From a virus (lineage: Duplodnaviria > Caudoviricetes), in the IMG/VR virus record IMGVR_UViG_3300030329_004387, positions 1-51,633 of that record: a stretch of 51,633 bases of DNA; one strand, written 5' to 3'. This document shows, piece after piece, positions 42,977 to 51,633 of the stretch; within the stretch, counting starts at the first letter, position 1; the number at the start of each line of letters is the position of its first letter. Below the pieces are notes generated by a model. It saw nothing but the letters and a program-made list of their open reading frames with translations. It was not told the origin of the DNA and made no database searches. Position numbers and translations under genes: made by a program.

Positions 42977-45253
42977 ATCTTTTTTTGAATTAACTAATGC
43001 ATCATTTTGACGCTGCTGTATTAAGTTAGCATTATTTCCTAAAGTACCTCTCAATAATTTCTGTTTACCTTGAGTTTCTATTAACTCTTTAGTCATTCCA
43101 GATTTAACTTCTTCTTTCTTTTTATTGATCTCAACTTCAGCATCTTTAACCTTACTCTTAATACCTGCTTGAACAAGTTGTCTTGAAAGAGTTTCAATTG
43201 TACCTTCTTTATCTGATAAGGCTTCTTGCATTTGTTGTATTTGTCCTTGTAATTGAGAATATAAGCTCTTACGCTCAACGATTTTATCTTTATGTTTTAA
43301 ATCAGTTTCAGCTAAGACAGCTATATCATCTACTACACCTAATTGCATTAATTGTTTTAATTCTTCTAAATAAGCCCATCTATTTACTGGCAATGTTGAA
43401 CCTGATATAATTCTAATGTCAAATTTATGAGCTGTAATATCCATAGATTTTCCAATAGCTTCTCCCATATCATTATAAATAGGTATATTCATTTCCTGAG
43501 TTTTGCCTTCTTGTATAGCACTAGGCTGTATAATTCTAAATCTTTTTTGAGCAGTATAAACTGATTGACAGAACTGCAAAATAACTTGACCTAATTGTTT
43601 TAAAGCAGGTTCTATACAGCTACCCATCCATTGTTTAATTCTTCTAGTTCCATATTCATCCATAGCCAACATACCTCTATAAGTTTCCCCAGCTCCAGCT
43701 GAATCTCCCATCATAGAGCTGTATATACCAGCTAAATACTCCATATCCATTTTACCTTCCTGCACGATCTGAAAAAAGGCACTTGATAATGGAGCAGGCA
43801 TTACTGGAGTAGGTCTTTCAACTCCTGGTCTGATGGGCAGTAATGCTCCTGGAGCTGAAGAATATTTTTCCCACAATTCTGCATCAATACTACCTTCTTC
43901 ATACATCCATCTTAAAGAACTCCCTAAAGAAGCATTATGCACCATTATTTGATGAGCTTTATTAATTTCTTGCTGTTTCCCTATTAAAGGTGCTACAGCA
44001 CTTAATGGATAAGGCGTTCCTGTCCATTTGTAATTAAAAGGAATTATAGGATAATCCTGAATTGTTTCAGGTAAAGTTTGTTCATAAAGAACTTTATCAC
44101 CTGCCATGCAAGTTTGCTTAATTCTAGATTGATAAAAAGGTACTGCCTCTATTACATTTTTAGCAACATCTTCATCTTCCATCATAACATTATATTGCTT
44201 TTCAGCAATGATAACATTTTCTACTTTAGATGCTTCTTGCTGTAATTTAGACATACATTGTTGTTTATAAGTCTCTAATTGTTGAGACATTAATTCTAAG
44301 GCTTTCTTCTTCTCAAGATCATATCTTTCTGGCAACATTTCACCAGCTTGAACAGCTTCCATCATTTGTTTGTCTGATTCAAGAAACTGAACTTGCATCT
44401 CTTCTTGCATTTCTGCAACCTGCTTATCACATTGTTGCTGTATTTGCATTAAAACTTCTTTTGAAGGAGGGACTCTATAAAATAAATTTACGTATGGTAA
44501 TTTTATTTTTTCATATACTTCAAAAAATTCACATAATTCATCTTCAGAACCATCAGGATTAATTGCCATGCTAGCATCTTGTGTATGATCATTAAAATTA
44601 AATAATTTTTGGTCTAAGTTACCCATATCTCTAACTGAATAAGAATGTTGACTTTGATCGTCACTGCTTGCGCTTTTTATTTTTCTTGCATGATCAGGGA
44701 ATAGTTTAATTAAGTGATTCTTGGGTAAAACTTTTCGTATTGTAATAAAAGCTGCATCTCTAAATAACATATCTCTTGATTTAGGATCTATGTAAACATC
44801 AAATGGCTCTGGTTGAGTTAATGTAACTTCTCCCATACCATTATCAGCATCTTTGTCAACAGAAACAAGCATATAGCCTACTCCTTTTGTCACAGCATCG
44901 TTTATAGTGTTATTATATAGTGTAGATCCATTTGAATTCGCCCAAACGTAATCTGTTAAGTCAGATATAACTGCTGCTACATCTGAATCAGAGCCATCAA
45001 CTCCAATAGCTTGCCATCTAGGGTCATTAGAAGTAGCATAAAAATTAAGCATTTCAACTACAGGAAGAATTCTGTTTATTGTAAAAGTAGGCATCCCCTG
45101 TTCTTCTAAAGATTTCTTTTCAATAGAAGTTAATTGTTCATCATGAGCAAATTCATACCCTTGTGTATTAATATGTTCCCATTGCTTTCTTGTCCAATTA
45201 TTAGATAAATTATATAATAATCTAATTTCATCTGCTCTTTTTTTACGTGCCAT
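42950..45253 (-). CDS. Portal protein (P22-like)
   Basis: P..TINRI.P, YIDP.SRD, YPIIPF, Q.EINK, DI.I..G...P; C-terminal coiled-coil barrel. Confidence 0.88.
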   Translation of the reverse strand: MARKKRADEIRLLYNLSNNWTRKQWEHINTQGYEFAHDEQLTSIEKKSLEEQGMPTFTINRILPVVEMLNFYATSNDPRWQAIGVDGSDSDVAAVISDLTDYVWANSNGSTLYNNTINDAVTKGVGYMLVSVDKDADNGMGEVTLTQPEPFDVYIDPKSRDMLFRDAAFITIRKVLPKNHLIKLFPDHARKIKSASSDDQSQHSYSVRDMGNLDQKLFNFNDHTQDASMAINPDGSEDELCEFFEVYEKIKLPYVNLFYRVPPSKEVLMQIQQQCDKQVAEMQEEMQVQFLESDKQMMEAVQAGEMLPERYDLEKKKALELMSQQLETYKQQCMSKLQQEASKVENVIIAEKQYNVMMEDEDVAKNVIEAVPFYQSRIKQTCMAGDKVLYEQTLPETIQDYPIIPFNYKWTGTPYPLSAVAPLIGKQQEINKAHQIMVHNASLGSSLRWMYEEGSIDAELWEKYSSAPGALLPIRPGVERPTPVMPAPLSSAFFQIVQEGKMDMEYLAGIYSSMMGDSAGAGETYRGMLAMDEYGTRRIKQWMGSCIEPALKQLGQVILQFCQSVYTAQKRFRIIQPSAIQEGKTQEMNIPIYNDMGEAIGKSMDITAHKFDIRIISGSTLPVNRWAYLEELKQLMQLGVVDDIAVLAETDLKHKDKIVERKSLYSQLQGQIQQMQEALSDKEGTIETLSRQLVQAGIKSKVKDAEVEINKKKEEVKSGMTKELIETQGKQKLLRGTLGNNANLIQQRQNDALVNSKKDLENSEKSE

Positions 45254-45266
45254 TAAATTCTCCTGT

Positions 45267-45770
45267 TTATTTTATCAACTCTTCTAATTTATCCCATTCT
45301 ATATCAACATCTTCATGGGGTTCACCTAATATATTATGTTTAAAGTTTTCATCCCCAATCTTTTCAACATGCGCCAATTCATGTATTAAAGTTCCCATAG
45401 GATTTTTAGAGGCATCATAGTCAACCCAAATAGTATCAGAAACTCCTGGGCTATGTCCATAGGCGGTAAAGCCTTCCATGCCATATAAATCACCTGAATA
45501 TAAAACTAATTGATCTGTATCTAATTTATTCTGTATATACTCTAAAGCATTTACATTCTCTCCAAAATCTCTTGTAATTGATTCAGAAGTATTTCCTGGA
45601 TATTCAAAAGAAACCAAATTATCATAATTATCAAACAGATGCGATAAATCAATATTTTTTAAAATTTCTTGTTCTTCAAAAGATAATTCTAAAGGTTTAG
45701 GCTCTTTAATTTTTGTTTTATAATAAGGCTTTGCCCCAAAAAGCCAATAAGGATCATTTAGTTCAGACAT
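45267..45770 (-). CDS. Zincin-like metallopeptidase domain protein
   Basis: TLIHELAH (HExxH); start moved to ATG 45770 with GGAG SD. Confidence 0.6.
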   Translation of the reverse strand: MSELNDPYWLFGAKPYYKTKIKEPKPLELSFEEQEILKNIDLSHLFDNYDNLVSFEYPGNTSESITRDFGENVNALEYIQNKLDTDQLVLYSGDLYGMEGFTAYGHSPGVSDTIWVDYDASKNPMGTLIHELAHVEKIGDENFKHNILGEPHEDVDIEWDKLEELIK

Positions 45771-46194
45771 TTTTATCTCCATTAACAATTCTTATTCTAG
45801 GACTCTCTATACTTTTAGCTATCTTAATACTATCTAAATCCTTAAAATGTTTTTTTATATTATTATCAGCTTCTTTCATAGAGCTATAAGAATCATATAT
45901 TCCAAAATGCTCATTTTTTTCAAGCAGTAAATCAACTTCAGATTCAGAAAGATCTTTACCGTATTTTTTTGTAGGATATAAAATCCATTTAGTTGGATTA
46001 TCTAAATCATCTGTATCATAAGAAGTTTTTATATTTGATCCTTCAGCTTCTTCCTGTAAAGTCTCTGCGGGAAATGTATCAAAATCCAATGGCAAAGTCC
46101 CGCTATATTTAAATCCGTAATCTATCCTAATAGGATTATCGACTTCAGAAATAAATTCCATTATTTCCCTTTCTACAGTATTCCAAATTTTCAT
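45763..46194 (-). CDS. Hypothetical acidic protein
   Basis: 143-aa ORF in the operon. Confidence 0.7.
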   Translation of the reverse strand: MKIWNTVEREIMEFISEVDNPIRIDYGFKYSGTLPLDFDTFPAETLQEEAEGSNIKTSYDTDDLDNPTKWILYPTKKYGKDLSESEVDLLLEKNEHFGIYDSYSSMKEADNNIKKHFKDLDSIKIAKSIESPRIRIVNGDKNV

Positions 46195-46200
46195 AAGACT

Positions 46201-47265
46201 TTATTTAAATATATCTTCGTTATCAATATCTTTTAATTTATTAATAATATCAACTTCATCCTGTGTTCTTGTATGATATTCTTTGCCTTGCCACATAAAA
46301 GTAGGGACATCTTCTTTTTCCATTCCCAAGGTAGATCGACCTCCTCTAGAATGTTTGAATTGTTTTCCAAAATTAGCATATTCTAATACACCATCTTCAG
46401 TTACATTAATACCTTGTCTACCTAAATACTCATGTAACATTGCAAGTTTATGCTGATCGCCTGTACTAGGATAATCTACGCCCTCTTTACCTACAACTCT
46501 ATCGCTTACTTCGGTATAATATTCTTGTAATGACATACCTGGTGAACCAGAAAAATTTAATTCACTTGAAAGACTGATATTTTCTCCAGCAAGACCTCTA
46601 TTTGCTAAATCTTCCTCATCCATATATTTCTCATCCCAAGTAACCCCTGCTCCTTGAGCTACTTCTTCATCAGACAAATAACTAGTATCTCCTTGAAAAC
46701 TATATGTCGTATCATCATATTGCCCTCTAGATAAATCCTTTTCTTTTTCAAGCGTAGCCAACATGCCCTCAAACTTATCTCTAGCTCTGTATTCTAAATC
46801 ATCCTCACGACTACCTCCTGTTGCAGATGAGCCTTCTAAAGGTACTAATGCTCCAGTTTTAGGATCTATAATAGAGTAATCTCCAGTTTCATCACTTTTA
46901 TACATTGTGTATGGAGCATTTTCATCATGCCATAAATAATCTTCTTTAGCAATATTTTCATCCATTACAAAGTTTCCTTCGGCATCATAAGTTCCAGGAA
47001 GAAAATCTCCAAAAGGAGAAATATCCCATTGACCCATAGGCGTATAACCTTCAAAATCTTGTGCACCTTGTATTGCTGCAGCCTGTCGATCAACTTCACC
47101 CTGAACACCACCTCCGCCTGAATAATCCACTCCTATATCAAAACTATAGTCTGGGACAACTTCTTCTAGTTCACTTGCTGCAGTTATAGGCTCAATATTG
47201 CCTTCAAATATATTTTCATCATCAGCAGGCAATAAACTTCCTACATCTATATCTTCTTGTACCAT
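46201..47265 (-). CDS. Highly acidic protein with C-terminal F.W.GK.Y.T motif, possible virion cargo
   Basis: AAGGAG SD; TFMWQGKEYHT. Confidence 0.7.
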   Translation of the reverse strand: MVQEDIDVGSLLPADDENIFEGNIEPITAASELEEVVPDYSFDIGVDYSGGGGVQGEVDRQAAAIQGAQDFEGYTPMGQWDISPFGDFLPGTYDAEGNFVMDENIAKEDYLWHDENAPYTMYKSDETGDYSIIDPKTGALVPLEGSSATGGSREDDLEYRARDKFEGMLATLEKEKDLSRGQYDDTTYSFQGDTSYLSDEEVAQGAGVTWDEKYMDEEDLANRGLAGENISLSSELNFSGSPGMSLQEYYTEVSDRVVGKEGVDYPSTGDQHKLAMLHEYLGRQGINVTEDGVLEYANFGKQFKHSRGGRSTLGMEKEDVPTFMWQGKEYHTRTQDEVDIINKLKDIDNEDIFK

Positions 47266-47275
47266 CTTTACTCCT

Positions 47276-48832
47276 TTATGCTGTTACCCAGCTTTTTGCT
47301 TTCGGTTTCTTTTTATACCATCCACTCTTTCCTTCATGCATACCTTGAGGTGGATGAGCATATTTACATGCATAAGCCAAGGCATCTATTGTATCATCAT
47401 GAGCCATACGAGGCCCAAAAGTCATTATTTCTCTATGAAGATCATACTGAGTTTTTTTAATATGAACCTGGCCGACTGAGAATCTTTGAGCCATTATTTC
47501 TTGTATTCGATCTCTTTTACTCATTCTGTTACCAGGTTTTTCTTCCTTAAAAGGAATAATAAATTCATTTCTTCTACGCATTTCAGCTCTAATAGCTTGA
47601 AATACTGGTTTACTCATTGTAGTATCTTCTATTGTAAAAAGCGTAGGGTTGTAAAATTTTGCATATTGAAATATGTGATCTACAATACCCTTTTTATCAG
47701 TTCCAGGAATGCCCATGACAGGAAGTGTCCTATCCCTAATATAATCCAAGACATATATATTATTGTCGGGGGTAACAGCGATAGCAATAATAACGGAAAA
47801 GTCAGAATTACGCCTAGCAGAATCAGTTGCTGGATCAACACCGATAAAAATATTACACGGTTTCTGATCGTCTCCGTCAGGTAAAATGTACGATATCCCG
47901 TTTTCTTGATCATTTATAAACTTACCATCCCAGTACTTTATATGATCCCTATTAAATATAGAGTCTTCTTCACTTTGGACTTCCATCATATATTCTTGAT
48001 AGAATTTTTGAGGAGTTCCAGAGTCTTGATAAAACTTTTTCTTTCTTTGCATCTCTTTATGACCAAACCATGAAGGCCATAATGGAGTTCCATCCTCTTG
48101 TAAAGCTTTATGTGTTATAACTTTCCAGCTATAATCTTCTTTTTGCTTCTTTGATAATTCATATCCTGTTAAAATCTTCTGTATAAAGGCATCATAGTGA
48201 ACTGGAGTCCCATTTATTCTAAGCCTGCCTGTTTTCGGTTCCAAGGCAGGAAATACGACTGCTGTAACAAGATTTGAGATTTTGGATCTAGATTCTGGTG
48301 TGATTGTATTGTTCTCATCTTCAAAGTCATCAAGAACAATAAGATCGTACCGCTTATGAAGCTTAGCACCACCACGAATACCAGAAAGATTAGACTTAGA
48401 AATAAGTTTGCAGCCATTTTTAAGCTCAATATCATCCTCTGTCCATTTTCTCCCTTTTAAATCACCAAAATAATATCTTATCTTGTCATTGTATTCTATA
48501 TGATACTTTATATAGTCAAGATTAGGTACTGATATCTTACTAGAAGCAGCTACCCATCCATAAAATAAAGGATCATCCTTACTAAAGCAAAAATCATGCA
48601 TTATATTACATTTAGTTAACACGGTTTTACCATGTCCCCTAGGCAATATAACTGCTAGTTGCCTTACATCTAAATTAGAAAGAGCGTCTGCAACCTCATA
48701 ATGAAAGAAAGGTGTTTCAGAACGCATAAAATCTTCAGGTAGAAACAATTTTCCAAATGCTATAAGGTCACTATATGCTAATTGGAGCTCTTCTTCGGCT
48801 TTATTTATATTATTTAAGTTAATATTTGCCAA
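47276..48832 (-). CDS. terL: Terminase large subunit
   Basis: PRGHGKT Walker A, LIVLDDFE Walker B, GTP motif, GVDPA and HDDTIDA nuclease motifs; TTG start. Confidence 0.93.
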   Translation of the reverse strand: MANINLNNINKAEEELQLAYSDLIAFGKLFLPEDFMRSETPFFHYEVADALSNLDVRQLAVILPRGHGKTVLTKCNIMHDFCFSKDDPLFYGWVAASSKISVPNLDYIKYHIEYNDKIRYYFGDLKGRKWTEDDIELKNGCKLISKSNLSGIRGGAKLHKRYDLIVLDDFEDENNTITPESRSKISNLVTAVVFPALEPKTGRLRINGTPVHYDAFIQKILTGYELSKKQKEDYSWKVITHKALQEDGTPLWPSWFGHKEMQRKKKFYQDSGTPQKFYQEYMMEVQSEEDSIFNRDHIKYWDGKFINDQENGISYILPDGDDQKPCNIFIGVDPATDSARRNSDFSVIIAIAVTPDNNIYVLDYIRDRTLPVMGIPGTDKKGIVDHIFQYAKFYNPTLFTIEDTTMSKPVFQAIRAEMRRRNEFIIPFKEEKPGNRMSKRDRIQEIMAQRFSVGQVHIKKTQYDLHREIMTFGPRMAHDDTIDALAYACKYAHPPQGMHEGKSGWYKKKPKAKSWVTA

Positions 48833-48880
48833 TTATTCTCCAAATCTGCATTATAAAATACAAAAACTTGCAATTATATA

Positions 48881-49411
48881 CTATATTTTTTCAGTTTCTG
48901 TTGTTTTTCTTTCCACTCTGTCTAGAAAATCGCTTTTTTCTGCAACAAAGTCTCTTAAATCATCAACTTTGCCACTTGGAGGCATTGTATTTACATCTTC
49001 TTTTATTGTAATATTTTCAGATGACACAAATAAAGGAGCACTTATATCTTCTATGCTTTTTCTAGCTAAGAAATTTTCTGCTTCAAGTTCATTTTCAGCT
49101 GTTTCAGCTCCTGCTCTTATAAGTTGATTTGAAAGAAAGTCCTTAGGATAGTCTTCAGATAAAGAAACCATTCTTCCATTTAAGGTTTCCAATCCTTCTT
49201 GCTTGGGAGTCGGAAGAGAGTCTTCATGTTGGTACAAACCCCAATCTCCACTATTAACTAATTTTGTTAACGTACCACTAGCCTGTCCTAATCTATATAA
49301 TGCTCCATCAGTACCTCTAACTAAATAGAAAGTTCCGAATTTATCTGTACTAGGAGGACCTAAATAAGTAGATACTCCTATATAACTATCTTTTGTTCCT
49401 GATTCTGCCAT
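48881..49411 (-). CDS. Hypothetical acidic protein
   Basis: TAATG coupling with the endolysin gene. Confidence 0.7.
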   Translation of the reverse strand: MAESGTKDSYIGVSTYLGPPSTDKFGTFYLVRGTDGALYRLGQASGTLTKLVNSGDWGLYQHEDSLPTPKQEGLETLNGRMVSLSEDYPKDFLSNQLIRAGAETAENELEAENFLARKSIEDISAPLFVSSENITIKEDVNTMPPSGKVDDLRDFVAEKSDFLDRVERKTTETEKI

Positions 49412-49806
49412 TACTTTTTCCTTAATTCAAAATGTGGAAAATCATCAAATTTATTATCTTGTACCTTGAAGTTCATGTTCCAGTCTCCTCCCCAGCGAAG
49501 AGTAATACCCATCCTAGCAGCCACCCCAAGCACGAACCCAGCAAAAAGTGTCTGACGCTCTCTGTCAGCCCAATCCACGGGGTAAGGAGTAACATCAACA
49601 GCACGACTAGGCTTTGTATTATGCCTACCAAAAGGGTAACGGACTTTAGTCTTTCCTTCTTTGAATAATTGTTCCTGTCTTCTTTCATCTCTGTGACCTT
49701 CTAGTACACTACAATCTATATATTTAATTACTTCATTAAATACTTTTTGTAGATCTTCATGACAGGTAGAAAGTCTTTGTTTGCTTTTTTTTCCAAAATA
49801 TGGCAT
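49411..49806 (-). CDS. Endolysin, peptidase M15 (L-Ala-D-Glu peptidase-like)
   Basis: EGHR...Q, RHN...SRAVD, RWGGDW, D.PHFEL. Confidence 0.9.
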   Translation of the reverse strand: MPYFGKKSKQRLSTCHEDLQKVFNEVIKYIDCSVLEGHRDERRQEQLFKEGKTKVRYPFGRHNTKPSRAVDVTPYPVDWADRERQTLFAGFVLGVAARMGITLRWGGDWNMNFKVQDNKFDDFPHFELRKK

Positions 49807-49807
49807 A

Positions 49808-50542
49808 TTATTTATCCGAAATTTCTTTTGGTCTTTCAGCTTCTTCTATTTGCTTAGCATCAAAGCCTTGAAAAACGGCACCAGAAATTTGCGTTACCTT
49901 TGTTTGATTCTTGTCTTCTAAATCCATTATATCTGATAACTTAAAGAGCGCTTTTAATTTAGTCTCATCCTTTTCAGATGACATAGCTATAGTATTAATA
50001 TGTCTTAAAACGCTTGTTTCGTTTATACCTAGTTCTTCTAATACTGGTTTTAACTCTTCTTTCATAGCTGTCCTTATCCTTGTTGTTTTAATTAATTGTC
50101 CAGCACGCAATCCTGCATAGTGCGGGTCATTAGTCGGAAATGCCTTTAGATACGCCATGCGAGCATCCATTCCAGATGCTAAATACTGGACAAAAATTTC
50201 CTCACGGGATGTTAAATTATTCCTGTCCTCTAATATTTGGTTCCTTTCGACATTACCTCCAAAACTATATATATTAACTCTTTTAGAGGTATCCAACTTT
50301 GTCTTATCAGAAACTAAAAAAGTACCAGTACAGGTACCTATATATCTTACTTCTCTATTCTTACCTTTTGGCTTGATCATCTTGCCTTCTCTTAATATCT
50401 GAATTATACATCCATCATCTGCAAGAACCCAATCAGATAAGCAGCCATCCCGCCAATTCTTTTTGTAAACTAAATCTTTTGGTATTTCTTCCTTACTATC
50501 AAATACCGTATTATTAACCTTATTAACTATATAATGTCTCAT
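49808..50542 (-). CDS. terS: Probable terminase small subunit
   Basis: LT.REE.F..Y...G.....AY..AF HTH; KLKAL..L oligomerisation helix; upstream of terL. Confidence 0.65.
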   Translation of the reverse strand: MRHYIVNKVNNTVFDSKEEIPKDLVYKKNWRDGCLSDWVLADDGCIIQILREGKMIKPKGKNREVRYIGTCTGTFLVSDKTKLDTSKRVNIYSFGGNVERNQILEDRNNLTSREEIFVQYLASGMDARMAYLKAFPTNDPHYAGLRAGQLIKTTRIRTAMKEELKPVLEELGINETSVLRHINTIAMSSEKDETKLKALFKLSDIMDLEDKNQTKVTQISGAVFQGFDAKQIEEAERPKEISDK

Positions 50543-50572
50543 CTAATACTCCAAATCCCGTCAGGGTTTTGG

Positions 50573-50776
50573 TTATGTTATTCCAAGAGTATTGCCTTCC
50601 AAATCACTCAACATATCAGCCAATTCCTCAGGAACAACTAAATCTTCACCATCAATATTTAAAGTAGCATTACCTTCATTCTCCATGTATTCAGATAGAT
50701 GTAATACTTCTTTACTAGCTTTATCAATTACGATCTTTAACTTATAAATATGTATATCTGGTTTCTTATCAGCCAT
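50573..50776 (-). CDS. Hypothetical protein, first gene of the late operon
   Basis: AGGAGG SD. Confidence 0.7.
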   Translation of the reverse strand: MADKKPDIHIYKLKIVIDKASKEVLHLSEYMENEGNATLNIDGEDLVVPEELADMLSDLEGNTLGIT

Positions 50777-50789
50777 AGTGCCTCCTGGA

Positions 50790-51021
50790 TATAGTTAGCC
50801 CCTGTAAAAGACTAAGTCTAATTTTAAAATATTAACTTTAAATTTCCCCAGAGCCAGTTATTCTCTCCCATACTCAAGTTTATATTAAAGCAGTTTTTAT
50901 CGGTTATCGGGGACAAACCCTTGATCCTATTTGGAGGGCAACCCAACTTCTGACCCAATATAGCAGAACGATTCGCACGTGTACTAACTGGGTGATAGCT
51001 AAAAAATCATAACTACCGATA
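50790..51021 (-). ncRNA. Structured 5-prime leader RNA of the late operon
   Basis: Multibranch domain closed by 51015-51021/50898-50904 at the predicted start site; a second domain carries the GAGTATGGGA..AATAACTGGCTC motif. Confidence 0.55.
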
Positions 51022-51025
51022 TTGA

Positions 51026-51055
51026 AATATAACTAAGGATAAAGAATAAAAACAA
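51026..51055 (-). promoter_or_regulatory. Sigma70-like late-operon promoter
   Basis: TTGTTT-N18-TATATT; predicted +1 near 51019-51020. Confidence 0.5.
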
Positions 51056-51076
51056 GAGGTTTTAAAAATTGTAGCA

Positions 51077-51190
51077 TTTTGGTGTGTGCTCTTTTATGAA
51101 ATGGTGTACCCCTTAACAGGGTTTTTGGTTATCACTTTTTAGTTGTTTTTGGTTTGAGATTTTTTGGTTTATGATGTTATTTTTTAGAGT
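51077..51190. repeat. T-tract repeats TTTTT(G/A)GTT
   Basis: Copies at 51122, 51136, 51146, 51161; partial copies at 51077 and 51181. Confidence 0.6.
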
Positions 51191-51218
51191 ATATTCTAAT
51201 AATTAAGGAGCATAGTTA

Positions 51219-51464
51219 ATGGCTGATAGATATCAAAAGAGTCAGATAGCTAAGCAATTTAATAGGAATAGTGACATTGAGATTAGCACTGAAAGACGTG
51301 AGCAAATCATGGGGTTAGCCCTAGCTCATGCTGCTTCTGGTAATGATCATATGTTTCAATTACTGTTTAACACAGTAGCTAAGACTACGACTCAAGCTGA
51401 GTTGCAGGCTGATATAGCAGAAACTAAAGCACTTGTCGCTGGACTTATTAAACAGCTTAAGTAA
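51219..51464 (+). CDS. Hypothetical protein, probably the first early gene
   Basis: TAAGGAG SD; 81 aa. Confidence 0.75.
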   Translation: MADRYQKSQIAKQFNRNSDIEISTERREQIMGLALAHAASGNDHMFQLLFNTVAKTTTQAELQADIAETKALVAGLIKQLK

Positions 51465-51633
51465 ATCATCTGGCTATGACTATTTGCATGCAAAATCATG
51501 CGAAAGATTCGGGGTGTGGTGAGCCTGGCAACAGAAATTCACTTATTTACCTTATTATTATATATATATTATTACTATGATCTTGTGAGCACAATGGATT
51601 TGGATTTTATATTTATATATTCCCCACTCTTTG

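Noticed and set aside
12143-50402. Numerous short + strand ORFs within the late arm
   Set aside because: Antisense shadows of long minus-strand genes, without SD sites or motifs.
50846-50866. Resemblance of GAATAACTGGCT to the large-subunit rRNA peptidyl-transferase segment
   Set aside because: Short match with no surrounding rRNA similarity; probably coincidental.
1-51633. Genome-wide stop-codon reassignment as in some crAss-like phages
   Set aside because: Long genes are intact under code 11, and TAG and TGA both act as stops at gene junctions.
1-51633. CRISPR array, integrase, reverse transcriptase/DGR, introns or inteins
   Set aside because: No regular repeat-spacer array, no recombinase or RT motifs, and terminase, capsid and primase are uninterrupted.

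Overview
This looks like a complete or near-complete, low-GC, ~51.6 kb tailed dsDNA phage genome with podovirus-type virion genes. The + strand (51219 through the window end/start to 10879) carries early and replication genes: many small ORFs, an ERF recombinase, a probable SSB, an AEP primase-helicase fusion, DUF932 and a Holliday junction resolvase. The - strand (50776 down to 10918) carries terminases, an M15 endolysin, a P22-like portal, scaffold, major capsid, adaptor/tail proteins, holins and four large ejection proteins. One of these is a 3159-aa protein with RQP...DADFDLD motifs, a probable virion-packaged two-barrel RNA polymerase of the crAss/phi14:2 type, here in a genome about half the crAss size and with strong AGGAG Shine-Dalgarno sites. 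I could not recognise a DNA polymerase, integrase, canonical tRNA or CRISPR array. The most unusual layer is non-coding. There are two 530-570 nt ORF-poor structured regions (one GOLLD/ROOL-like), a tandem triplet of closed RNA cassettes and a tRNA-like domain inside a long stem. An internal-loop motif is shared, in circularly permuted form, between that RNA and the late-operon leader. Just downstream of the tRNA-like RNA, a Cys-rich microprotein has an in-frame UGA where a Cys is expected (candidate selenoprotein). All RNA structures were paired by eye, and family names come from motif recognition, not database searches.
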